This document shows, in pieces, positions 49,860-62,560 of a stretch of 63,770 nucleotides of DNA. Numbering within the stretch: the stretch's first letter is position 1; each line of letters opens with the position of its first letter. The notes below the pieces were generated by a model, which made no database searches, had not been told where the DNA came from, and was given only the letters and a program-made list of their open reading frames with translations. The stretch is from Octopus bimaculoides (lineage: Eukaryota), in the NCBI RefSeq assembly GCF_001194135.2, contig NC_069005.1, forward strand, positions 19,719,321 through 19,783,090, written 5' to 3'. The translations under genes were made by a program, and so were the position numbers.

Positions 49860-50080
49860 TTTATCTAAGACCGCCGTGTATATATCTGTTCGTGTGTGTG
49901 TCTTTGTGTCTCCCTCCCCAACACCGCTTGACAACTGGTATTGGTGTGTTTACGTCCCCATCTCGCAGTTTAGCAAAGGATGCCAATAGAATAAGTACTA
50001 ATTTCAAAATAAGTACTGGGGTCAATTCGCTCGACTAAAATTCTTCATGGCCGCAGTGTAATGACTGAAACAAGTAGAAA
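49860..50080 (+). mobile_element. SINE family A tail 1
   Basis: cttgacaactggtattggtgtgtttacgtcccc...gactgaaacaagtagaaaa. Confidence 0.78.
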
Positions 50081-50685
50081 AAATTATATATATATATATA
50101 TATATAGTTACGTTGTATTCTGTTAGGAACATAGTAGAGTACAGTATAAAGCCTACATTCAGATTAAACCCTGTGCTATCCAGTAGTAATATTATATAGA
50201 CATATAACCAAATACCTGTAAGCATGGAGAAGTACGTTGCATAGAAACAATTGTAGCGTTTGTAAATAAATGTCCAACCGTACTCATTGTTGACTCCAAC
50301 TTTTTCAATTATATATTTATATATATGAGAGAAAGAGAGGCGATTGAAAGTCAAAGTTTCAAATATTCTTGAAAAGGGTCGCTGTTGAATATCCTAGAGC
50401 GGAGTTTCAGGTGATCGAGTTGTTTCCCCTACACTTACCATCGCAATCTACGTAGCTGTTCGTAAGTAAAGCAATATAGAATATTTAAAGAGCTAATTGT
50501 CACCCACAAGCAGGTGTGTGACTTCCAAGCTTTTGCTGTCATTCGCGTCTGCCTTGTGTCACACTTTTGTTTTTCTTACTGATTGAAATGATGATGGATA
50601 TTTATGCCCTTCTTCACACTGGCTGCTTGGTAAATAAATACAAATCAAATTACCTAGACTCACTTTATTGTTATTATTATTATTA

Positions 50686-50720
<35 letters not shown>

Positions 50721-50724
50721 GAAT

Positions 50725-52660
50725 TAATTGGAGATGTGCAGACATGCGCCATCCCAAGCAGATCGATCCATGACCACTTCCACCTCATGCGATACATCAT
50801 AGACAGTGTGGGTAAAGAAGCTAGCATGAGTGAGGCCCTGATAAATCTGGATCAAGCAAAAGCTTTCAATGGGGTCGACCACCAAAACTTAGCAGTTATT
50901 CTCTTGGAGACACCTTAGGTCCCGTTTTTTGCTCTGAACAGCAACATCTGCTGGGTGGTTCGGGTTAGTGGTTACTTGTCAAAACCATTCATCCTCATGT
51001 GCCCGGTCTGTCAATTGTGTCCCCTCTTGTCCCTTCTATATGTACTGGCTCTAAAGCCACTACTGAGGAAATTGATGTTGAAAGATATCCCACGTGAACT
51101 AGGATGTGGGAGAACCGTGTCAGCATATGTGGATGACGTCACCATCATAGAGTCGAATGCCAAGCACATAGACTTGATTAGCACTAGTCTAAAAGAATAT
51201 GGGATGGTGACAGGAGTAAAAATTAACCAAGAAAAGCCAGTGGACCTGCGGCTCAGCACCTGGAAAGGCAAGTCCATACTATCAAACAACGTTGTAGGAT
51301 GCTTGACGGAGGGATTGATTAAATTGCTCATGGTCTGATTTCGTCCGGATCTCCAGGTGAAAAACTGGGATGAAGTGATGTCAAGATGGCCAGTTTCACC
51401 CAAAATTGGGCTGAGAGAAAGCTCTTCTCTGAAAGATGCAGAGGTGACGAATGCATACATCGCATCTGTCATATATTACCGCCTAATCATTGTGCCTTGC
51501 CTCAGATTACATATCAAACCGGAGCGCATACTCTTCCACTTCCCGTGGAGAAGACGCAATCCACTGGTCAGACTCTCTATTTTGTTGTCAACACTCGCTG
51601 AATGGAGAACTGGGCATGCCATGGCTGCTGATGCGTAGACATGCACTGAGACTGTGACATTTCTAGCATTTTCTTGACATTGAGCAAGTATGGTTGCTGT
51701 TATTTGAGTGAGTTGCAGTCCTGCATCAAGCATAGACCGAGGCAGAGTGCTTGGCACCTAAAGTGTTGTTAGGCGTTCACAGTCCTCTGTGGTCAGTGGA
51801 AGTTCCACTTTGGTATTCTATAAAGGGTTAGTGGCAGGTAAATGCGACGACGTTCACAGAGAGACTCAGGATATAGGCAAGAATCAATTGGCTAGTCTGT
51901 TCCGAGGGAGTTTCGGGCTGGACCTATGGATAATTTCCAGAAATCCCTGGCCTGGCAGTGCTGCCAGGGAGCATTGCCGGTTCGGGATAAACTCTACAAG
52001 CGTGGAAGTACCGTCAGCCGGTTTGCCTGAAATGGGCGCAGCGTGAAGAAACTGTTCTGCATGCTCTCATCTGGTGCGGAAGCACTGCTGACTTGTGGGT
52101 TTACGTTGAGCACCTGCTGTCACATGTACGATGGATCTGACTATCGGCTGAGTCAATTGTGAAGATCCTCCCACCACTTTCCTTTGGTTGGAAAGGGCAG
52201 GCGGTTGTCTAGTGATCTTAGCGAAAGGGGTTGTGTGGTGGATCAGATTGTAAGGGCTGAAGACAAATACTCTCCTCATTGGCCAAGCTCACATCAATTT
52301 TGTAAAGTTTCACTTGAAACGGAAAGTGAAAGTAGAGAAGGAAGTTCTGCCTTCCAGCAATTTTATTGAAAGAAATTTTATTGCAGAAAGAATGGCTTAA
52401 GTGAACAGGCCTTCTCTAAACATTCGCCTATAGATTGAAAGATAATGGTGTAGAGAGGGCACTTGCCTGGTGATCACAATGACTATGATTTTGTGGGGTT
52501 TCCACGAGCATCCCTAGCAAGTCTTCCTCTTTGGGGTTTTTTTTTCATTATTAGAATTTATACTGTTATCATTTTTATTGTTTACGCGTTTCTATTTATG
52601 TAACTTCACATTGTATTGTCCTGCACCGTCCCCAATGTTTTTTGTGAACACAGTAGTAAA
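50725..52660 (+). mobile_element. 5'-truncated Tx1/L1-clade LINE pseudogene (RT, CCHC region, 3' UTR)
   Basis: LINLDQAKAFNGVDH; CPLLSLLYVLALKPLLRKL; SAYVDDVTI; VTGVKINQEK; VCLKWAQREETVLHALIWC; ends aataaa plus (TAC)n. Confidence 0.9.
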
Positions 52661-52889
52661 TAAATTACTACTACTACTACTACTACTACTGCTACTACAT
52701 GCTGATTTAATTAGCAGAGATGTTATCTTTAGGTTTGGTTAGTACAAGTCTCCTCAAGTCTTGAGAATCTTTCTTAGGATTCTTGTAGAATACAAGATTG
52801 TACTTTTCTCCAAGTTGACAATTCCAATCTTAATTCCAATATCTTTCTATCTCTATAAGCAAAAGATTGTCCACTGTATTACACACTGG

Positions 52890-52929
<40 letters not shown>

Positions 52930-52956
52930 ATATATATTTATATTTACACACACATA

Positions 52957-53334
52957 CAGGGTGTTCGGGTTAATTTTGATGATTTCTCATGCTTACTTTT
53001 TATTTCGGGAAAAGCTTAATGTATTAGTGAACAGGCAATGGTGTTGAAGTGGATGAAGACTAAATTTGTAGTTGAGAAAAGTCAGCTGAGATGCCAGATT
53101 GGAAGCTATTTGAATATTGGAAAAGTGTTACCTGTATATCAAAATGCCGACATGATACAGGCAAGTCTTTTCCAATATTCAGATGGCTTTCAGTCTTCCA
53201 TGTCTGCGAATTTTTTCTCAACAACCACACGAATCTTTATGCTCTCCAACGACATTAACTGTTCACCAATCCCTGAAGTTGTTCCTGAAAAAACGGAGAC
53301 AAAAACTCATCAAATTTATCCCAAACACCCTCTG
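52957..53334. mobile_element. Palindromic Tc1/mariner-type MITE
   Basis: TA|cagggtgttcgggttaattttgatga versus tcatcaaatttatcccaaacaccctctg; inner inverted blocks ttgagaaaa/ttttctcaa and tgaatattggaaaag/cttttccaatattca. Confidence 0.8.
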
Positions 53335-55070
53335 TCTGTTTATTTGTTTGCGTGTGCGCGCACTAAGCGATTTAGAAAACCAAGGTAACGTAGCTGAGGA
53401 AAGATTCAATATAAATCAAAACGAAGATTAAAACTTTACCTAATGTGTGTGTGTGTGTGAGGCTTCACTCTCAAAGTCTCTAAGCTAATGAATCCCATAT
53501 GTTACGCATTCCCGTTGAGATCATAACACGTTTACATCTATTTACATGTATCGGATTTAATATCATATAATTTAGTTAGTCGGCCTGTAGGCACCCCGTA
53601 GTTCCGCCTCATTCTTTAGCACGTCTAAATTATATTAATGATAAATACGCATGCACCTTATTTTGTTGGCTTTTAATTTTTAATGTAAGGGAAATAACTC
53701 TGTATTTACTTGACTTCAATCTTCAAAGTGTATGTATGTGTGCGCTGGGTGGAAAAGGACGTGTTGTTCGTGTGCCGTTGTAAACCCTTTCTCATATTAT
53801 TACGTGTATATTCTTTACAGTTACATATATACGTTTTTAGTTACCCTACATTGCTGAATCACCCATATTATCTAATATAGAACATTCAAAATGTGAAAAG
53901 ACCCTGAAAATCGTATATATATATTTTTTTATACATCATCAGCCTGATTATTTTAATATTCACTTTTCTCCACATTGCATGGATCGGACGAAATTTACTA
54001 AGGCAGATTTTCTATGGCCCTTCCTGTCGCAAACACTTATTAGTTTCCAAGTAAGATAATATTTCCCCATGGCCAGAGATATTATTGAGAAATATTGGAA
54101 ACTAGTAGACATACCTGGCATTGCTTGGGATTTAATTGGCATAGTTTGTATATTATGGTACAGTTAAGTTGAAATGCGATACAGAGAAGTGCAGCATTGA
54201 CGACAATTTGGCTCCCAAACGAAAACAATTATGCATGCAGCGTCCAGGCACGCAAGGTCACATTAAGAACATGGTCTCTAACTAACATGGTTGGGTCTTA
54301 GACACCATAAATTAGTAGGTTAATGTATATGTGATATTTCAGTTTGTAATCAATAGCTGAGGAATATTTGTATCAGCTTCGTCTATGCTTAGAAGGAAGA
54401 CTTTGATACTGAAGCCAAAAGAAAATAGTTGAATAGTTGCTCAGGATTTCACAGCAGATTTTTCATGATAAACATAGTGCGTGCCAAACGGTTTTTATTC
54501 CAGCAAATTGCTACCTATGGTGCTACAGGAACATGCTCTTATTGTTACCACTTAGACAATGCAGTTGGAAGTCTGCATCAGTTCATCCATTTAATACAAT
54601 CTATTCATACAATTTCAGTAGCTGTTTTTTCCAGTTTGGATAGAAGTAATGCGGGCAGTCGTACATACCCCAGGAAAGGGAGTTTTCTGCCCCCTCCCCC
54701 AAGAGGCCCCCATTACTCATTATGTGAAAAATTTTAAGAGTCTAAAACTATCTCTGTATGTTCCCAGTTTGGAGAAAATCAGTTACGAACTTCAGAAGTT
54801 CTGCAAGTTTACACATACACACACATCTTCAGTTTTATTTATATATAGATGAACGACATTGTTTGGATGAGAGTGACACTCATTTACAACATTCATGTGA
54901 TGTCCAGATAAGGAGACACAAATATACATACATGCACACTGCATTATTTTTCTCTCTCTTTTACTCTTTTTTACTCTCTATCTCTCCCCTCTTTCTCTCT
55001 CTCTACCATTTCTTCAAAGATGACTATCTACGTACACGCAGTCTTGCATACATGTGTGCTTGCATGTGCG

Positions 55071-55101
<31 letters not shown>

Positions 55102-56044
55102 NNNNNNNNNNNNNNNNNNNNNNNNNNNNNNNNNNNNNNNNNNNNNNNNNNNNNNNNNNNNNNNNNNNNNNNNNNNNNNNNNNNNNNNNNNNNNNNNNNN
55201 NNNNNNNNNNNNNNNNNNNNNNNNNNNNNNNNNNNNNNNNNNNNNNNNNNNNNNNNNNNNNNNNNNNNNNNNNNNNNNNNNNNNNNNNNNNNNNNNNNNN
55301 NNNNNNNNNNNNNNNNNNNNNNNNNNNNNNNNNNNNNNNNNNNNNNNNNNNNNNNNNNNNNNNNNNNNNNNNNNNNNNNNNNNNNNNNNNNNNNNNNNNN
55401 NNNNNNNNNNNNNNNNNNNNNNNNNNNNNNNNNNNNNNNNNNNNNNNNNNNNNNNNNNNNNNNNNNNNNNNNNNNNNNNNNNNNNNNNNNNNNNNNNNNN
55501 NNNNNNNNNNNNNNNNNNNNNNNNNNNNNNNNNNNNNNNNNNNNNNNNNNNNNNNNNNNNNNNNNNNNNNNNNNNNNNNNNNNNNNNNNNNNNNNNNNNN
55601 NNNNNNNNNNNNNNNNNNNNNNNNNNNNNNNNNNNNNNNNNNNNNNNNNNNNNNNNNNNNNNNNNNNNNNNNNNNNNNNNNNNNNNNNNNNNNNNNNNNN
55701 NNNNNNNNNNNNNNNNNNNNNNNNNNNNNNNNNNNNNNNNNNNNNNNNNNNNNNNNNNNNNNNNNNNNNNNNNNNNNNNNNNNNNNNNNNNNNNNNNNNN
55801 NNNNNNNNNNNNNNNNNNNNNNNNNNNNNNNNNNNNNNNNNNNNNNNNNNNNNNNNNNNNNNNNNNNNNNNNNNNNNNNNNNNNNNNNNNNNNNNNNNNN
55901 NNNNNNNNNNNNNNNNNNNNNNNNNNNNNNNNNNNNNNNNNNNNNNNNNNNNNNNNNNNNNNNNNNNNNNNNNNNNNNNNNNNNNNNNNNNNNNNNNNNN
56001 NNNNNNNNNNNNNNNNNNNNNNNNNNNNNNNNNNNNNNNNNNGA

Positions 56045-56225
56045 ACAAAATGCTTTAGTGACATTTCTTCTGATTTCAAATGTTCTGAGTTCAAATTCTG
56101 ATGAGGTCCACTTTGCCTTGCATCTCTTTAGGGTCAATAGAATAGCTAGTAGTCAGCACTGGAGTTGACATAATTGACTTCCCCATCCCCATAAAATTGC
56201 AGACATTGTGCCAAAATTAGAAAGA
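56045..56225 (+). mobile_element. SINE family D
   Basis: gttctgagttcaaattctgatgaggtccactttgccttgcatc. Confidence 0.75.
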
Positions 56226-57739
56226 ATAAATCACTGGTAGAAATTTTATCAATTTCCAGAAGTTGATAGTCAAAGTTGACTAAAGTAAGATTTGAACTCA
56301 TAAACCTGTTTTATGGATTAGAATCTGTAAAGTAGCACTACTGTAACTGAATATATATATATATATATATATATATACACTTCAGTTATATATAACTGTA
56401 GATGAATGCAAAATTGTTTATTTGAAAGCCTTAGCTGTGGAAATTACATATGATGTACAGACATCCTATTGTTTTCTTAACCCTTTTACTACAGAAATTA
56501 GAGACATTCACTCAAAATTTCATTATCCTTAACTGTGGAAAGCAATTTTATAACCAACCTATCTCATACATGTACCCATACATAAATATAAGTACAAACA
56601 AATACATCACACACACGTACTTGCACATAAAAATAATCTTGTCTGGACCCTCCCCTCTTTGGAACTGTCCCCTTTACAATGATTTTTCCAGAAAAAACAA
56701 TTGCCCCACAATAAGCCAGATATGGTTGGTTTACATGCTAAAGGGTTAATATTGATGGTTTAGAATGTAAAATGGTAACAGCTGAAAAAGTCTGTTTGGA
56801 GATATGTACAAACATATTTCATAACTGTGTGGATAGAGTCCTTCAAAGTTAGGGAGTCTTTATCAAGGACATAGAACAGTAAGAAACTTATTGTGTTGGC
56901 CCCTTCTTTTTGTTCCCCTTTTCCAAGGTGCTGGCTGTTAAAACTGTAAAAACTCTGCCAATGTATGCCTCTTGACTTACTTATTAAAGGGTCCTCTATA
57001 TATGCAGGACCACCCTAAAACAGAAAAAACAGATCAGGTTTACTTTTCTGGAATCTGCTGTTCATTTCATTACTGAATTGGCATTGTTCCAACTCATAAA
57101 TATACTGATGTACATACACATATACAAATACATGCACCCCACCTCTCTCTCATACTTGCATAGACAGACATATACACACATTTTGACATACATTCATACA
57201 TAAAACTGAGCATCTCTTGTTCATACACAGATGCCAGGTGCACTAATCCACAAACAGGCACATGCATCCACACACACACACATAACTTCATAAACAAACA
57301 CGCATATCACCAAACCATGTACATCCACACATCCAGGCATAAAGATGCAAACACCTACAGACTCATGGACACACCCACACATAAACGTGAACACATTTCC
57401 AGACAGAGAAACATATCACAAACAAACACACATATCCAGATACACAAATACATTCACACAGATGCACAGACATCACAAAACCACATACAGCTATACATAT
57501 ATGCACACATTCACATGTAGACTCCTCCAACCACATATTGATGATGTATACTTCCTTACTAAGAAACACACATACACGGATACAAGCATCTGCACACTGA
57601 TGCGCACACCCAGACAAAAACATGTGCACATCTCAACACAGAGTACAGACATACATGCATCCATATTGCATTTCTTCTTTCATCTGAAGAGTCTTCTTAA
57701 CCCTTATCAAATATGACTAGATTGGTTGTTCCCCTGTTT

Positions 57740-57837
57740 CTCTGCTCAAAAAGTGTCTTCTATAGTCTCAGGCTGACCAAAACCTTGTGAGTGGATTTGC
57801 TGGTCATATATATATGTGTGTGTGTGCGCGTGTGTGC

Positions 57838-57873
<36 letters not shown>

Positions 57874-58080
57874 GTCACCTCCACCATCACTTGACAACTG
57901 GTGTTGATATGTTTATGTACTTGTAACTTGGCAGTTCAGCAAAAAGACTGATAGAATAAGTACCAGACTTAAAAAACAATAAGTACTGGAGTCGATTCAT
58001 TCGACTGAAAGAAATTCTCCAAGCTGGTACCCCAGCATGGTTGCAGTCTAATGACTGAAACAAGTAAAAGATAAAAGATA
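57740..58080 (+). mobile_element. SINE family A body plus tail 1
   Basis: ctgaccaaaaccttgtgagtggatttg...gactgaaacaagtaaaagataaaag. Confidence 0.8.
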
Positions 58081-58094
58081 AATGATTGAAAGAG

Positions 58095-58497
58095 TACAGC
58101 TGCAAATATAATGCAACTGAAATGGGGTTCCTCAGGAAGATGTCTGGAGTAAAAGTACTTGGCAGGGTGCGTAGCTTAGAGATCAGGAAGTCTCTCTAGG
58201 CAGAATCACTTCTTCTCAGTATTGAGAATCACAACTCTGGTATTAAGGACATGTGATCAGAATATTGCAGGAAAGAATTGCAAGATGGATTTTTCAAACT
58301 GGGCCAACCAGCAGGAGACCTAAGGGTAGACGAAGAATGAGATGATTGCATGATATCCAGAGACTCAGTTGGTCACATTTGGGCATCCAGTCAGAAAGTA
58401 TTATGAGGTTTGCTTGTGATAGGATCCTGTGGAGGAGGTGCCTGAGGACTCCATCCCCAAGTCTCTCCCAAGAATAGTGGGCAAAGAAAATGGATAT
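58095..58497 (+). mobile_element. RTE-clade (Rex3/Expander-like) LINE 3' end relic
   Basis: ATEMGFLRKMSGVKVLGRVRSLEIRKSL...GHVIRILQERIAR...RRPKGRRRMR; ends gaaaatggat. Confidence 0.85.
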
Positions 58498-59094
58498 ATA
58501 TTTTCAAAGAATTCTAAATAGTAGCTCTTTTATTTATTTTTTTTTTGAATCTCATAAAAAAGAATAGTTAGTCTTCTTCAATGTAGACTCCTTTCTCCCT
58601 TAAAATAGGAACATTGGACTTGTGAAGGAGCTTCTCAATTGTCACTTGATGTACTCAAATGTAGCAGCCAGGTTTCTCCTCTACAAAACTCTCTACTGTC
58701 ATTAGCCCTTATAAGATGACTTGAGCTGGTTTGCCATCGATCTATTTTTCTGCTAGCAAGAAGGACCGAGTCCTTCAAGAAGAAAACTGAGACTTTACTT
58801 CATCAATTGAGATTTTAGTCTCAATATTTAAAATGGAATTTTAAAAGCTAACAGACTTTTTTTTTTATATCTCATGAAAATATTCCTGCCATGTTCCTCA
58901 GTGTAGCATTGCAAATGTAGCAATCATGTTGAAAGAATTTCTCATGGAGGCATGTGGCTTTGTGGTTAGTGCCTTTGACTCACAACTGTAAGAGTGTGCA
59001 AGAATACACCACAGTGACCAATCCAAGAACTGAATCTACAAAGTACTTTATTTCACAAAGCTTTAAAAAAAAAGAAAAGAAAGAAAAATAAGAA

Positions 59095-59303
59095 CATGAA
59101 CAGGTGTGACTGCTTGGTTAATGAGAAGCTCACTTTGCAACCTTGTGGTCTTGAATTCTGTTCCTCTGTGCATTATCTTGAGTTGATATGTTCTACACTA
59201 GTCCCATGCCAACCGATGCCTTGTGAGTGGGATTGGTAGACAGAAACTATGTGGAAGCCTGTTGTATGTATGTATGTGTGTGTGTGTGTATAATGTGTAT
59301 GTA

Positions 59304-59359
<56 letters not shown>

Positions 59360-59605
59360 ATGTACATGTGCATATACATGTATATGTGTGCATTTGTATG
59401 TTTGTTCCCCCATCATTGCTTGATAATGGATGTTGGTTTGTTTACGCCTATGTAACTTAGTAGTTCAGCAAAAGGGACAGACCAAATTAGTTCTAGACTT
59501 GGAAAAATAAGTACTGGGTTTGATTTGCTCAGCTAAACCTTTCAATACAGTGCCCCTGCATGGCCACAGTCCACTTTTGGTCTTTTACTGAAACAGGTAA
59601 AAGAC
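59095..59605 (+). mobile_element. SINE family A (full length, long internal microsatellite)
   Basis: Head, body gagtgggattggtagacagaaact, TG/TA tract, tail 1. Confidence 0.78.
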
Positions 59606-60220
59606 CAATCTAGTATCAGTGTAGGAGTTTGTCCTTTCATCTGTTACATTCTGAAAGATCTACCATGTTGTCAAGGAGTGGTTTTGTCATGAGGACCCCT
59701 AGCCTGTCTCCACACATACATGACTACATAGGGCCCTAAAACAATTAGCAAAAGCATGGTACGATGCTATCAAGCCATGGCTGCTTGTGAGTGACAGCTG
59801 TAGTTCTTTCTTTTTTTTCTGTGTATAAAAAAAAACACACACACAAAAAAAAAATATTTCATTTTGAAATCCTTCCTCTAGTCGTGTAGTCTTTCAGTAG
59901 CTGAAAATAGCATTGAGAGCCTCTCTGATTACACCAGTAAGGTTTGCATGTATGCATGCCTGCATGAGCTCTGCTAGCTGTTTCTCCTAGGCATGCACGT
60001 CAGACGAGTGAGTGGTGCTATATAATATACCCTGACACTGTTACCAGGTTTTGTTTTTGATGTTTAAATAACAAGGGATTTCTGTTTATGGTGAATTCTA
60101 GATGATGGGATCTATTTCTAGCTTTCATTGGCATTCCAGAAGAATCCCCTAACATACTTGCACATCTGTTTATCCATCCAACCATCCATCTATCTATCTG
60201 TGTGTCTATCTATCTGTTTG

Positions 60221-60279
<59 letters not shown>

Positions 60280-60469
60280 GTCTGTGTGTCTTATTTATCT
60301 GTCTATGTATCTACTTATGTGCATGTGTGTGTATATTTGTGATGTGTCTTTATATAAACTGTCTGTCTATCAAAATACTTGCACACATATATGCATGTGA
60401 AATATACATATGCACTTACATCCGTATACATATGAGTTTACATACATGTGTACGCACACACACACACAC

Positions 60470-60620
60470 ACGAGTGGCTTCTTTCAGTTTCCATACACCA
60501 CATCCACTCACATGACTCTGGCCAGTCCAGTTCTATACCAGGAGATGCTTAACCAAGGAGCCAAGGTGTGTGGACTAAGACTGATACTATGCAAATGCAA
60601 AGCAAACTTCATAACCACAC
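60470..60620 (-). mobile_element. SINE family A head and body, decayed
   Basis: ggcttctttcagtttcc...ccaaggtgtgtggactaagac. Confidence 0.6.
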
Positions 60621-60649
60621 ACATGTGCACGTACACACACAAGCTCATC

Positions 60650-60685
<36 letters not shown>

Positions 60686-61489
60686 AGTGTGTATATAAAC
60701 ACACATATACACATATTCATAATGTGGGTATAGAATGTAAAAGTTTGTGTGTGAGTGAAAAACAGTAGTGTGTGTGTGTGTGAGAGAGAGAGAGATGTAT
60801 AGTGTCTTTGTGTGCGTGTGTGTGTAAAGGAGTGGTATGTAATAGGTTGACCTGTGTGTGTGTCTGTCTGTGTGCCTCTATATGCATGTGTGTGTGTGTG
60901 AACATAATGTATGTTGTAAGGAGAAAATGAGAAAGATAAAGAGATAGATATATAGTTAGATAGATAGATAGATAGATAGAGAGTGAGAGAGAGAGAGAAA
61001 GAGAGAGAGAGAGATAGCAAAGAGATAAAAAATAAAAAAACCACCTTTCTAGAATCTTAAAGCATTATAATGATGTTATCTTGGGGGAAATTCTGGGGTT
61101 TTTTTATGAGGAAAACAGAAGAGGGACACAGTTGTGGAGCCACAATGATAAACAATTTTGCAAATATCGCTGCTGCTGCTGCTGTTGCTAATGGTGATGC
61201 TAATGATATTGATGATACTGACAATATTGAAGGGGAGGATGATTATGATCATACTGTTGATGATAGTGATGATGATAATTCTTATAATATCTCAGATGAT
61301 TATGATTGCAGATATGATGATGATGATGATGATGATGGTGATACTGATATGATGGTTTCTCTGTTCATCACGGGTCATATATTTATGAGTTAAAGCAAAG
61401 ATGAGGTTGTTGATTTTAAATAATTATGCGCACATGTGATAAAAATAATTTAGTGGTGAGAGCAGTATTAATACCAAAAGGCACTCTTA

Positions 61490-62202
61490 ATGTGGATGTC
61501 TTGTTAGAATACTGAATACTGTGGCATTAGCCTTGAGAATTTCTCTCATATAGACACATGGCGCATGTTGGCACTAACACATATAGCATAGCAGATGAGA
61601 GTCATTTGATATGGGTTCTGGAAGTGCCAGATCACATACTTTCAGTATGCTGCATTTCTTCAGTGGCAAGTGTCTAGTGATTGCATATCAGCCAAATCTT
61701 GCTGTCATGATATTGTCGCTGATGTTGCAAATAGCCAGCAGGTTTATTAAAGAAATTATTATTTGTGAAGAGAGCTGTATTCATATCAAAAGGCAATCTT
61801 TATATCCAGTTTAATGTGAATGTCTTCTTATAATGCCAGTATTTGCCTTGAGTGGTCCTCTCATAATAGACACATGCCTTTTGGTGCTAATATTGCTTCG
61901 GTTGTTAACAATTATTTTTTAATATGCCTGCTGGCTAGTTACTACATCAGTGACTGAAATGACACCAATATTCTATAAATCATGGGAGCAAAATTTGGCT
62001 GGTATGTGGTCACAGGATGCCTGCCACTGAGGAAGTGCAATACACTGAAATCATGTGATCTGGCAGTACTAGTGCCCATATGAGAGGATTCTCATCTGCT
62101 ATGATATATGCGTCTGTGCTTTTATGCACCATGCATCTATATGAGAGAGGACCTATCAAAGGGAGTTCAACAGCATTCAATGTTCTAACAAGACATCCAC
62201 AT
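61490..62202. repeat. Diverged inverted repeat; arms at about 61490-61765 and 61905-62202
   Basis: atgtggatgtcttgttagaa/ttctaacaagacatccacat plus colinear inverted blocks ctctcatataga, agcagatgaga, gccagatcacat, ttcttcagtggca, cagccaaat, agccagcagg. Confidence 0.88.
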
Positions 62203-62334
62203 ATGTGATATTTAGATTATCAAAACAGCTGTTTCAGTTGACATTTGAACTGCTGTCACAGTATTTTCTGGCTAATTTAATCATTCAATCCATCCATCTA
62301 TTGATTGTATATTTCCCTTAAGAAAGCAAAAGGG

Positions 62335-62560
62335 TGTAGCCTAGTGGTTAGGGTGTTGCACTCAGGATCTTATGGGTCACAGTTTCGATTCCCAGATAAG
62401 TGTGTTGTGTACCTGAGCAAAGAATTTCATTTCACATTGTTCCAGTTCACTCAGATGTAAATGAGTTCCAGAAATAGCTGGGAAATTATCCCTGCAATGG
62501 GCCAGTGTCCCCTTTAGTGGGGAGTGTTGTAATCTCAGTCACTTATATTCCTTAGAAAGT
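62335..62560 (+). mobile_element. SINE family E
   Basis: tagcctagtggttagggtg A box, gtttcgattccc B box, ccagttcactcagatgtaaatgagt. Confidence 0.78.

Noticed and set aside
61070-61393. Acidic Asp-rich protein ORF
   Set aside because: Translation of a degenerate (GAT)n microsatellite.
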